41,464 nucleotides of DNA from Anaerolineae bacterium (GTDB lineage Bacteria; Chloroflexota; Anaerolineae; 4572-78; JBHHXL01), in the NCBI GenBank assembly GCA_046757065.1, contig JBHHXL010000003.1, forward strand, positions 1 through 41,464, read 5' to 3'. This document shows, piece after piece, positions 27,192 through 36,200 of the stretch. The notes beneath the pieces were generated by a model. The model was given only the letters and a program-made list of their open reading frames with translations, searched no databases and was not told the origin of the DNA. Position numbers and translations under genes: made by a program. Positions within the stretch are counted from its first letter, which is position 1, and the number at the start of each line of letters is the position of its first letter.

Positions 27192-28673
27192 TCAGGTGAC
27201 GCCGATGACCACCAGGGTCATATCGTCGTGGGCTGCCGCCGGGTGGGTATGAGCCTGGACCGTCTCCAGGATGAGCTGGCTCAGCGCCTTTGGGTCCCGG
27301 TCGCCATTTGCTCGCAGCGTTGCTTCCAGGCGGGCAAAGCCAAACATTTCGCGGTCGGCGTTCATTGCCTCAACCACGCCATCGCTGACGATCAGCAACC
27401 GGTCCCCCGCTTGCAAAGAGAGGACCGTTTCTCTATAATCGGCCTCGGCCATGACCCCCAGGGGGAACCCCGCGTTATCAATGTAACGGGCCTGCCCGGC
27501 CCGCCATAACAGGGGAAAAACCAGCCCGGCGTTGGCAATGCGCGCCTCCCGGCGCATCCCATCGAGCAGAATGGCCAGGAGGGCCGTATTGGCTTTGTTG
27601 CTGGACAAACGCGGGGCCAGCACCTCATCGAGCGCCCGCAGCAAACGGCCCTGGTCGTGATGGGCCGGGGCCAGCGTCTCAAAGGCGTTGATGGAAAGCG
27701 CCATAAGCAAAGCGGCGGGCACGCCCTTGCCGCTGACGTCGCCAACGGCAATGCTCAACCGTTGGTAGGGCAGAGGCCGGTAGCTGAAGAAATCGCCCCC
27801 AACCTCTTCGGCGGGCAGGGAACAGCCAAACACCTGAAATCCCGGCAGGTGGGGGGTGATGTCGGGCAGAAAGCCGGTCTGGATTTCACGGGCCACTTTC
27901 AGCTCGCTGCGGATGCGCTCCTGATCGGCCAGGCTGCGCCGCAGCTCGGCGGTGCGCCGGGCAACCTGCTCTTCGAGCCGGCGGTTGAGCTCCAGCAGGG
28001 GGTTGAAGAGCTGCTGCTTGACCACGGCGTAGGTCATCAACAGCGCGCCCAAAACGCTACCGATGGTCAGGATGGGGATTAAGGTGACGCCGGCCACGGC
28101 CGCAACCCCGCTGACCAGGATGATCAGCGTTCCGACAAAGAGGTGCCAGTACTCAGACCAGTTGGGGCGGGTGATGAGAACGCCCAGAGCCAGCAGTTCG
28201 TAGATGAAGATCAGGCCGGACAGCAGATACCCCACCGGCAAGGTGACGAAACCCACCTGGCCGTCGGGCATAGCCTGGGGGTGGGCGATCAGCTGCCCGT
28301 TAAACAGAAGGACCATCGCCCCCAGGTGAATTGCTACCCCGATAGCGGCCAGCACCCACAACAAGCGGCGCTTGATCCGGTAGAAATTAAGGACGAATAA
28401 GAACAAGGTGATGCCTTTCCAGCCGAAACCGGCGGTGCCGATCTCCAGCCAGGGTTGCGGATCAACCCCCAGGGCGGGCATAAATACCAGCAGCCGCAGC
28501 AGATTGCTGGCTCCGTTCCAGACGATCAGCGCCAGCAGAAAGAGGGCAAAGCTCAGGTTTACCCGGCGGCGGGGGCCGAGCCAGATCACAATCAGGAAGG
28601 CCGCCGAGGCGACCGTTACCGTTACGGTGTTTGCGCCGAGTCCAAACCAAAAGTAGAAAGGCATGTTATCCAT
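27192..28673 (-). CDS. Membrane-bound PP2C/SpoIIE (RsbU-like) phosphatase with a ~7-TM sensor
   Basis: Hydrophobic N-terminal half, coiled coil, AREIQ, VGGDFF, GDVSGKG, NAG, SDGVVEA, HDDMT. Start is uncertain. Confidence 0.92.
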   Translation of the reverse strand: MDNMPFYFWFGLGANTVTVTVASAAFLIVIWLGPRRRVNLSFALFLLALIVWNGASNLLRLLVFMPALGVDPQPWLEIGTAGFGWKGITLFLFVLNFYRIKRRLLWVLAAIGVAIHLGAMVLLFNGQLIAHPQAMPDGQVGFVTLPVGYLLSGLIFIYELLALGVLITRPNWSEYWHLFVGTLIILVSGVAAVAGVTLIPILTIGSVLGALLMTYAVVKQQLFNPLLELNRRLEEQVARRTAELRRSLADQERIRSELKVAREIQTGFLPDITPHLPGFQVFGCSLPAEEVGGDFFSYRPLPYQRLSIAVGDVSGKGVPAALLMALSINAFETLAPAHHDQGRLLRALDEVLAPRLSSNKANTALLAILLDGMRREARIANAGLVFPLLWRAGQARYIDNAGFPLGVMAEADYRETVLSLQAGDRLLIVSDGVVEAMNADREMFGFARLEATLRANGDRDPKALSQLILETVQAHTHPAAAHDDMTLVVIGVT

Positions 28674-28793
28674 CCCTGTTGCTTCGTCTTGAATGTTCCG
28701 GCGCGCAGCGCGCAAGTTCATTGCAGCAACAGCCACCAATTATATATCAAGCGCACCGATTTGTTAATCGAATCACACCCGAAGGAGGTCCAG

Positions 28794-29642
28794 ATGACAG
28801 CCCAAGTGCTCAAGATCGACCACGTTACCATTGCCGGCCCGGCCCTGGAGCCGTTGCGCGCTGCCTTCAGCAACGTCGGCCTGGCAACCGAATACGGAGG
28901 CCCGCACTCCAACGGCGTGACCCATATGGCCCTGCTCGGCTTCGATGACGGTTCCTACATCGAGCTGATTTCCACCCTGAAGGCCGGGCAAACTGCGCCC
29001 TGGTGGAACCGGCACATCCAGTACGATGGCGGGCCATGCGCCTGGGCCGTGCGCGTGGCCGACATCGCGCAAGAAGGGCGCAGGATCGCCGGCCTGGGCG
29101 TCCCGATCCAGGGGCCCAAATATTTCCACCGCGAAAGGCCGGACGGCATCCGGGTCGAATGGGACCTGGTGTACCTGGGAGACCAGCAGGCCGGGGCAAA
29201 GCTGCCCTTTTTGATCGCCGACCGGACGCCCCGCGACTATCGCGTGCGGCCCACGCCGGCCGTCGCCGGCAGCGAGTTGACCGGCATCGCCAGGGTGGTG
29301 TTGGGGGTGCAGGCGCTGGAGCCGGCCCTCGACTTGTTCCGACGGCTTTACGATTGGCCGCCGCCCGAAATCGAGGCGCAGGGCGAATTTGGGGCGCGGC
29401 TGGCAAACTTCGAGGGCCAGCCGGTCATCCTAGCCGAGCCTCTCCGGGCCGGCAACTGGCTGGATGACCGCCTGGCCCGCTTCGACGAGTGCCCCTGCGC
29501 CTTTTTGATCGGCAGCCGAAATCTTGATGAGTCCGGGCAACGGCCCGGATTGGAGCGCCGGGAAACGTGGTTTGAGCGCCGGGTGGCCTGGTTCAACGAG
29601 GAAAAACTCCGCAGCATCCGGCTGGGGATCATTGGCAGCTAA
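28794..29642 (+). CDS. VOC/glyoxalase-like family protein
   Basis: IDHVTIAG, GGPHSNGVTH..F.DGSYIEL, RERPDG..W, LPFLI.D.TPR. ATG after AAGGAGG. Confidence 0.88.
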   Translation: MTAQVLKIDHVTIAGPALEPLRAAFSNVGLATEYGGPHSNGVTHMALLGFDDGSYIELISTLKAGQTAPWWNRHIQYDGGPCAWAVRVADIAQEGRRIAGLGVPIQGPKYFHRERPDGIRVEWDLVYLGDQQAGAKLPFLIADRTPRDYRVRPTPAVAGSELTGIARVVLGVQALEPALDLFRRLYDWPPPEIEAQGEFGARLANFEGQPVILAEPLRAGNWLDDRLARFDECPCAFLIGSRNLDESGQRPGLERRETWFERRVAWFNEEKLRSIRLGIIGS

Positions 29643-29666
29643 ATGGACGGCAAAAGTGAGGGAGCT

Positions 29667-30725
29667 ATGCCACGTTTAACCCCCGAAGCCCTGACGGGCT
29701 TCGTACGCAGAATCTTCAAGGCGGCGGGCGCGAGCGATGACATCGCCCGTCTGGTGTCCCGGTCCCTGGTCGCCAGCAATCTGGCCGGTCACGACTCGCA
29801 CGGCGTCGTCCGGGTGGGCCAGTATCTGGATAGCATCGCTGCCGGGGAGTTGGATCCACGGGCAACGCCGGCGGTCGTCCGCGAGACGGAGGTGATGGCT
29901 CTGCTCGATGCCCGGCGCGGATTCGGCCAGGTGGCGGCCCGGCGGGCGATGCTGATCGCCGTTGATAAAGCGAAAGCGCAGGGCCTGGCCGCAACGACGC
30001 TCTTCAACTGCGGCCACATCGGGCGGGTGGGAGAGTGGGTGCAAATGGCCGCCGACCAAAATCTGATCGGGCTGGGCTTTTGCAATGGAGGCCACGCGGG
30101 AGGGTATGTTGCGCCCTATGGCGGCGCGGCCCGCCGGCTGGGAACCAACCCGCTGGCAGCGGCGATACCCCTCCAGGGGCGGGAGCCGGTGGTCCTCGAC
30201 TTTGCCACCAGCGTCAGGGCCGAGGGCAAGGTCCGCATTGCCCGCAACCAGGGCCGGCCCGTTCCCGGCGGCTGGATCGTGAACGCCGAGGGCCGGCCAA
30301 CCACCAACCCCAACGATCTATACGCCGGGGGGATGCTGCTGCCGGCGGGCGAGTATAAGGGCTATGGCCTGTCCCTGCTGGTGGAGTTCCTGGGCGGCGT
30401 GTTGACGGGCGATGGCTGTCCGGCCCTGCCCGGCTACCGCAAAGGCAACGGGGTCTTGTTCCTGGCCCTGGCGATCGATGCCTTCCGTCCCCTGGACGAC
30501 TTCCTGGCCGAGGGCGCGGCGCTGGCCGAAGCGGTCAAGGCCACGCCGCCAGCCCCCGGCTTCGACGAGGTTCTATTGCCGGGGGAGCCGGAAACGCGGG
30601 CCGCCCGGCAGCGGCGCGCGACCGGCATCGAGATCGACGGAGCCACCTGGGGGCAATTGACCGGGGCGGCGACGGCCCTGGGCGTGGCTATCCCAGCTCC
30701 GATCGGGGGAACAGGTAGCAGGTAG
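29667..30725 (+). CDS. Ldh_2 family (type 2 malate/L-lactate/sulfolactate) oxidoreductase
   Basis: GHDSHGVVR, GFGQ, GHIGR, LGTNP, LDFATS, YKGYGL, LPGE. Confidence 0.93.
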   Translation: MPRLTPEALTGFVRRIFKAAGASDDIARLVSRSLVASNLAGHDSHGVVRVGQYLDSIAAGELDPRATPAVVRETEVMALLDARRGFGQVAARRAMLIAVDKAKAQGLAATTLFNCGHIGRVGEWVQMAADQNLIGLGFCNGGHAGGYVAPYGGAARRLGTNPLAAAIPLQGREPVVLDFATSVRAEGKVRIARNQGRPVPGGWIVNAEGRPTTNPNDLYAGGMLLPAGEYKGYGLSLLVEFLGGVLTGDGCPALPGYRKGNGVLFLALAIDAFRPLDDFLAEGAALAEAVKATPPAPGFDEVLLPGEPETRAARQRRATGIEIDGATWGQLTGAATALGVAIPAPIGGTGSR

Positions 30726-30740
30726 CAGGTTTTTTGAGAA

Positions 30741-30869
30741 GGGCCTGACCGAGATTTTAGGTGCGACGCACTTATCGTTTAAAAAACTGCCTCGATTACG
30801 GATTTCATTCCTTGAAATGCCAACTAAAAGTGCGTCGCACCTGGCTCACCTAGAATCCTGGACACACCC
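30741..30869. mobile_element. GGG..CCC TIR shell around an AGGTGCGACGCACTT inverted pair
   Basis: Shell GGGCCTGACCGAGATTTTAGG / CCTAGAATCCTGGACACACCC (15/21; the right end matches the 10020-10040 TIR at 16/21). Inner perfect 15-bp IR at 30759-30773 / 30828-30842. Confidence 0.75.
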
Positions 30870-30885
30870 CAACTGAAATACACCC

Positions 30886-30914
30886 TTGACAAGCACATTA
30901 GAAGTGTGTATAAT
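30886..30914 (+). promoter_or_regulatory. Consensus sigma70 promoter of the TA operon
   Basis: TTGACA, 17-nt spacer, TATAAT. Confidence 0.8.
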
Positions 30915-30954
30915 ATATGTGTATTCTAGTGTTGTATGTGGAGGGAGGCTTGCA

Positions 30955-31245
30955 ATGAAACGCACACAGGTAATCCTAGAAGATTGGCAACATCAATGGC
31001 TGGCCGAAGAAGCCGGGCGCCAATCGACGAGCCTTTCGGCCCTGCTGCGGCAACTGCTAACCGAGGCCATTGAGCGCCGCCAGGTCGAAGGCTGGGAAGA
31101 TGACCCGCTGTGGGGAATTATCGGGTTGGCCGAGGGCCCCGACGACGGCATCACCAGCGAAAACCTCGATGAAATCGTGTACCGCACCGACTGGCGCGAT
31201 CGCCCCCAGCTCCGGATAGCCGAAGATGGCCCCGATAATCGTTGA
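30955..31245 (+). CDS. Ribbon-helix-helix (CopG-like) antitoxin
   Basis: MKRTQVIL..SLSALLRQLL (RHH), acidic tail DPLWGIIG..ENLDEIVY. Overlaps the PIN gene. Confidence 0.85.
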   Translation: MKRTQVILEDWQHQWLAEEAGRQSTSLSALLRQLLTEAIERRQVEGWEDDPLWGIIGLAEGPDDGITSENLDEIVYRTDWRDRPQLRIAEDGPDNR

Positions 31246-31630
31246 CACCAGCGGCCTGTACGCTCTGGTGGACCGCAAAGACCCTCACCACGTTCAGGCG
31301 GCGACATTTCTCAAGAGTCAGGCCAGAGCCGGCAAGCTGCTGATCTCCAACCATATCTTCGATGAAACGATGACCACGGTCAAGGCGCGGTTGGGGATGC
31401 AGGCGGCCTTGCAGTTGGGTCTACGCCTGCGTAACAGCCGCTTCATCGAAATGGTGATCTTTTCGCCCGCCGAGGAGCAGGAAACCTGGCGGATCTTCAG
31501 CCGCTACACCGACAAGGCCTGGAGCTACACCGACTGCGCCTGCCTGGTCCTGGCCCAAAGTCGAGAGCTGCGGCAGGCGTTCACCTTTGACCACCACTTC
31601 GCCCAAATGGGGCTGGTGATGAGGCCGTAA
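31226..31630 (+). CDS. vapC: PIN-domain (VapC-type) toxin
   Basis: IVDTSGLYAL..D.HH, IFDET, SYTDC, FTFDHHF. Confidence 0.9.
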   Translation: MAPIIVDTSGLYALVDRKDPHHVQAATFLKSQARAGKLLISNHIFDETMTTVKARLGMQAALQLGLRLRNSRFIEMVIFSPAEEQETWRIFSRYTDKAWSYTDCACLVLAQSRELRQAFTFDHHFAQMGLVMRP

Positions 31631-31646
31631 TCTGCAAAATTGCTAA

Positions 31647-31808
31647 CGGACACCGCTCGAATTTGGCGGCGGGTTCCGCTAATCGGGGAAATCCTGAGCC
31701 GGAGCGTAGCAGGTAGCAGGTGGCAAATTGCGGCCGCAAAACCTGCTACTTGGGACGTGCTACCTGCCGCCTGGCTGCAAAGCGTCCGCCAAATTCAGAG
31801 GACGTCCG
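31647..31808. mobile_element. 162-bp miniature element with a TIR shell around a (TAGCAGG)/(CCTGCTA) heptamer hairpin
   Basis: 23-bp TIRs matching 17/23 (GAATTTGGCGG core). Flanks ATTGCTAA / ATTGCAAA (7/8) look like a decayed target duplication. Confidence 0.75.
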
Positions 31809-31843
31809 ATTGCAAAATCTGCCAACAAATACTGGAGTGAGCC

Positions 31844-32173
31844 GTGTCACATTTTTGCGACCTGGAAAGCCGAGAGGCAAAGGAATTTTTCCCCGGCGCG
31901 CGCATCCGCACCTTTTGGGGCGACCAGATGCTGTTGTCCATCGTCGATCTGGACGCCAACGCCGAAGTGCCCGCGCACAACCACCCCCACGAGCAGGCCG
32001 GAACGGTCATATCCGGCGAGCTTGAGCTGACCATCGCCGGGGAGACGCGCCGGCTCAAGCCGGGGGATACCTACATTATCCCCGGCGGCGTCGAGCACAG
32101 CGCCAGAGCCGGCGCTGCCCCGGTCAGAGCCCTGGATGTGTTCAGCCCGGTCCGGGAGGATTACCAGTACTGA
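31844..32173 (+). CDS. Cupin domain protein
   Basis: PAHNHPHEQAG..SG, PGD..IPGGVEH, DVFSPVREDY. Confidence 0.92.
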   Translation: MSHFCDLESREAKEFFPGARIRTFWGDQMLLSIVDLDANAEVPAHNHPHEQAGTVISGELELTIAGETRRLKPGDTYIIPGGVEHSARAGAAPVRALDVFSPVREDYQY

Positions 32174-32206
32174 TTCCGGCCGCGGCTGCCATCCCCTATC
32201 GCCTGA

Positions 32207-32336
32207 TTGGCTGACAGATTTAACAATTCACCGCAGAGACGCAAAGAACGCAGAGAAAATTTATAAAAATCTCTGCGCGCTTCGCGTCGGCGTCTCGGCG
32301 GTGATTTCGACCCGAAATGTTAAATTTGTCAGTCAA
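32207..32336. mobile_element. 130-bp element: 19-bp TIR shell around a CACCGCAGAG REP-like hairpin
   Basis: TTGGCTGACAGATTTAACA / TGTTAAATTTGTCAGTCAA (17/19). Inner arms about 32228-32255 and 32271-32304. Confidence 0.8.
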
Positions 32337-32342
32337 GCAGCC

Positions 32343-33140
32343 CTATCGCAATCGATTCACCTTCTTCATAAAAGCCGTCACCCGCTCAGAATCGACCTCC
32401 CGCGCCCAGTGGCCGCCCTGCTTGAAGTACGAGCCAACGATCAGGGCGTCGGCCACGGCCAGATAGGTCCCCACATTCTCCAGGGTGACGCCCGATCCGA
32501 CCAGCACCGGCACATCGACTGCGGCTTTCACCCGTTGTAGCTCTTCGAGGCTGGCTTCAAGGCCGGTCGCCGCCCCGGTGACGATCAGGCCGTCGCTCAG
32601 GAAGAACTCGGCGGCGTGGGCCGTTTCGACAATGTCCACGTCGGCGGTAATGGCGTGGGAGGAATGTTTCTTCTTGATATCGGTCAGGATCAGGATGCGC
32701 TCCGCGCCGATCTGCCGCCGGTAGCGGAGCAGGTCGCCGGCCCCGGCCTCGATCAACCCTTCGTCGGCCACGTGGGCGAAGACGAACCCCTCGGCCCGGA
32801 TGAAATCCAGGCCCGCCGCCTGGGCCACAGCCAGCGCCTCGCGGTTGGCCCCGGCCAGGATTTGCACCCCGCAGGGCAGACCGCTGGCCTGTTTGACCTC
32901 GTAGCCAACGACCGCCATCGCCGCCACGATCTCCGGCCCGACGGCCCGGTTCAGGTAGGGCATGTCGTGCATGTTTTCGATGGCCAGGGCATCGATGCCG
33001 GCATTCTTGTAGACCTGCGCCTCCGCTCTGGCCTTGTCGATGATCTGCGGCAGGCCGCTCTTGAACTTCGGCGTGCCGGGCAGCGGCTCGACGTGAATCA
33101 TACCGATGATTGACTTTGAGTTTTTCAGGAAATTGTTCAT
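32343..33140 (-). CDS. BtpA/SgcQ family TIM-barrel protein
   Basis: IIGMIHVEPLPGTP, IENMHDMPY, FIRAE, DIKKKHS, DGLIVTG..TG, VLVGSGV, IVGSYFK. Confidence 0.93.
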   Translation of the reverse strand: MNNFLKNSKSIIGMIHVEPLPGTPKFKSGLPQIIDKARAEAQVYKNAGIDALAIENMHDMPYLNRAVGPEIVAAMAVVGYEVKQASGLPCGVQILAGANREALAVAQAAGLDFIRAEGFVFAHVADEGLIEAGAGDLLRYRRQIGAERILILTDIKKKHSSHAITADVDIVETAHAAEFFLSDGLIVTGAATGLEASLEELQRVKAAVDVPVLVGSGVTLENVGTYLAVADALIVGSYFKQGGHWAREVDSERVTAFMKKVNRLR

Positions 33141-33152
33141 TGATTCATCCAG

Positions 33153-33201
33153 ATTTGGGAGATTGGAGATTAGGGATTGGGGGATTTGCCATCCAATCTC
33201 C
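33153..33201. repeat. Short GATTGG-type tandem repeat with a fold-back
   Basis: GATTTGGGA GATTGGA GATTAGG GATTGG..CCAATCTCC. Confidence 0.55.
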
Positions 33202-33207
33202 TGAGGC

Positions 33208-36200
33208 TCAAGAAGAGTTCGCCGCGCCGGAGGGCAGATTGGCGCAGGTGCGCTCGTAGGGGATGTCGGGGCCGATGAATTCGTTCCATTCGTCCTGGGT
33301 CAGATTGCGCCACACCTGCTCGCAGACCCAATCGGCCAGGGTTTCCGTCCGCGCCCTCCAAATGAACGTTTTTCTATCTTCCCCCCCGGAGGCCAGCATT
33401 TGACCATCCGGGCTGAAGGCCAGGGCTTTGGCCGTACCGTTATGACCGGACAGCGAGGCGATGGGGGCCTCAGGCCGGTGCAAGTCCCACAGGCGCACGG
33501 TCCCATCGGCGCTGGCCGCGGCCAGGGTTTGGCCGTCCGGACTGAAGGCCACAGCCATCGCCCAATCCTCGTGGCCGGGCAAAATCCGGGAGCCGGCGTC
33601 GGGCTGGCCCAGGTCCCACAGGCGCACGGTCTCGTCGGCGCCGCCCGAGGCCAGCGTCCGGCCGTCCGGGCTGAAAGCGACGGACATCACCCATTGCTCG
33701 TGACCGCGCAAAACGGCCAGCGGCGGCGATTCGGGCCGGCCCAGGTCCCATAGGCGGATCGTCCTGTCGGCGCTCCCCGAGGCCAGCGTTTGACCGTCCG
33801 GACTGATAGCTACCGACCAGACCCGGCCCTCGTGACCCCGGAGAATGGCCGGCCCGGCCTCCGGCCGGCCTCGATCCCAGACGGCCACGGTCCGGTCCCA
33901 ACTGCCGGTAGCCAGAGTCCGGCCATCGGGGCTGAAGGCCAGGGCATAAACCCGGTCTTCGTGGCCAGGCAGCAACACGGGGGCGGCCTCCGGCCGGCCT
34001 GGCTGCCACAAATAGACCTCCCCCTTCAGCCCGCCCAGGGCCAGCGTTTCTCCATCCGGGCTGAAGGCAACGGACAGGGCCGGCTCCCCTGCCGGCAACG
34101 GAACCGGCAGCGCCTGGAAATCATCGAGAGGCCACAACTGCGCGCCCCCAAAACCGCTGGCAGAAGCCAGGGTGCGGCCATCGGGGCTGAAGGCGACCGA
34201 GATGACCCGTTCATTCTCGTTTAAGACGATGGGAACGGCACGAGGTTGGCCCAGGTCCCACAACCGCACCGTGTTATCCAGGCTGCCCGAGGCCAGCGTC
34301 CGGCCATCGGGGCTGAAAGCCACGGCCCGCACGGCGGTCCCGTGGCCGCGCAAAACGGCCGGCGCAGCGCCGGGTTGGTCGAGCCGCCACAGCCGCGCCG
34401 TGCGGTCGTCACTGGCCGAGGCCAGAGTCCGGCCGTCCGGGCTGAAGGTCACCTGCCGGACCTCGCCGTCGTGGCCGTCGAGGATGGCCGGGGCAGGGTC
34501 GGGCTGGCCCAGGTCCCACAGGCGTATGCTCCGGTCAATACTGCCGGAGGCCAGGGTTTGACCGTCCGGGCTGAAGGCCACGGACCTGATTCCCTGCTCG
34601 TGGCCGGGCAGGAGGGCCGGTTCCGCTTCAGGTTGGCCCAGGTCCCACAGCCACAACGTGCCATCGCCGCTGGCGGCGGCCAACGTTTGACCATCCGGGC
34701 TGAAGGCCACGGACAAAATATCCAGGTCCCCTTGACGGCCTCTCAGACTGAGCGGCGGCGCGCCGGGCTGTGTTAAATCCCACAACCGGATCAGGCCATC
34801 AGCGCTGCCGGAGGCCAGGGTCGCTCCATCAGGGCTGAAGGCCACGGAAAAGACGGTCAGCTCGCGCTCACGGAGGATCATCGGAGCGGCCTCAAGCCGG
34901 TTCAGGTCCCAGAGGCGGACCGCGCCATCGACGCCGCCGGAGGCCAGGGTCCGGCCATCGGGGCTGAAGGCCAGGGCCAGGACTTCGCCTTCGTGGCCGG
35001 CTAAGGCCAGCGGCGCAGCGCCGGGCTGGCTCAGGTCCCACAACAACACGCTTCCGTCGACGCCGGCCGAGGCCAGGGTCTGGCCATCGGGGCTGAAGGC
35101 GACGGCATTGACCACGCTTTGATGACCCTGCAGGACGACGCTGAAGTAAGGAACGCTCAGCACGGCCCGCAGCGCACCGTCGATCTCGCTCAGGCCCCGG
35201 TCCGGTTGCCTTTGGCTAAAGAAGTAAGCCTGGCGCGCCAGGAGCGCCCCGCGCTCGTCCTGCTTGCCCCGTTCCTGCTGGCGCGGCGCCTGGGCTGCCA
35301 GCGCCTGCGTGATGGAAACCAGACGCAATCGCTCGGAGCGGCGAAACTGAAGCTGGGCCACGACGGCCGCCGCCACCGCCAGCAAAAAGACGACCGCCAG
35401 CCCCAATGCCAATCGACGCAAGCGCCGGGCAGCCCTGGCCTGCTCCTCGGCCCGCCGTTGCTGCTCGGCGGCCAGGGCCCGCGCCTGGGCCAGCTCCCGC
35501 TGCCGGGCCGCCTCTTTCTCCCGCGCCGTAGCCTCGACCGCGGCCCGGCTGGCTTCCACCAAATCGGACAGGGCCTGGTCGTAACCCAGATCGGCCGCGT
35601 CGGGGCTGGCCAGCCAGCGCCCGGCTTCGCGCAGCTCCACCTCATCCAGCAAACCGCCGGTTTCCCGCCCCAGGCGGATCCACTCGGCGGTCTTGGCCTC
35701 CAGCCGCCGCCGGACCTGCTCCGCCTCGCGCCGTTCAACCAACCAGACTTGCAGGGTCGGCCAACCGGCGATCAGGGCTTCGTGGGCGATGTCTACCTGC
35801 CTATCCGCGCCCTCCTCCGCCCCGCTGAGGGTCAGCAGACGGCTCTCGGTCAAATGGCGCAGCGTTCGATCGAACAGATCGGCATCATCGCCGGCAGAGC
35901 GCAGGGCGGCGACCGGCTGCTGGCGGCGGGTGTCGGCCCGCCCTTCGCCAAACTGGATCAGACGCAAAAAGATGCGGCGAGCCATCGCCTGTTGGACCGG
36001 CGACAGGTCGGCCAAAGCAGCATCGGCCCGCCGCGTCATAGCGACCTGCAAGCCGGTTCGCTTCTCGTCGCCCAGAGCCAGGTAGGCGGTGAACGACATA
36101 ACCAGGGCTTCGTAGGCGCTGAGGGGCAGGAACCGGCGCAGCAGTCGCTCCCACAGGAGCACCAGGGTCTCCTGAACGAGGGGCAGAACGCCCGGCTCGC

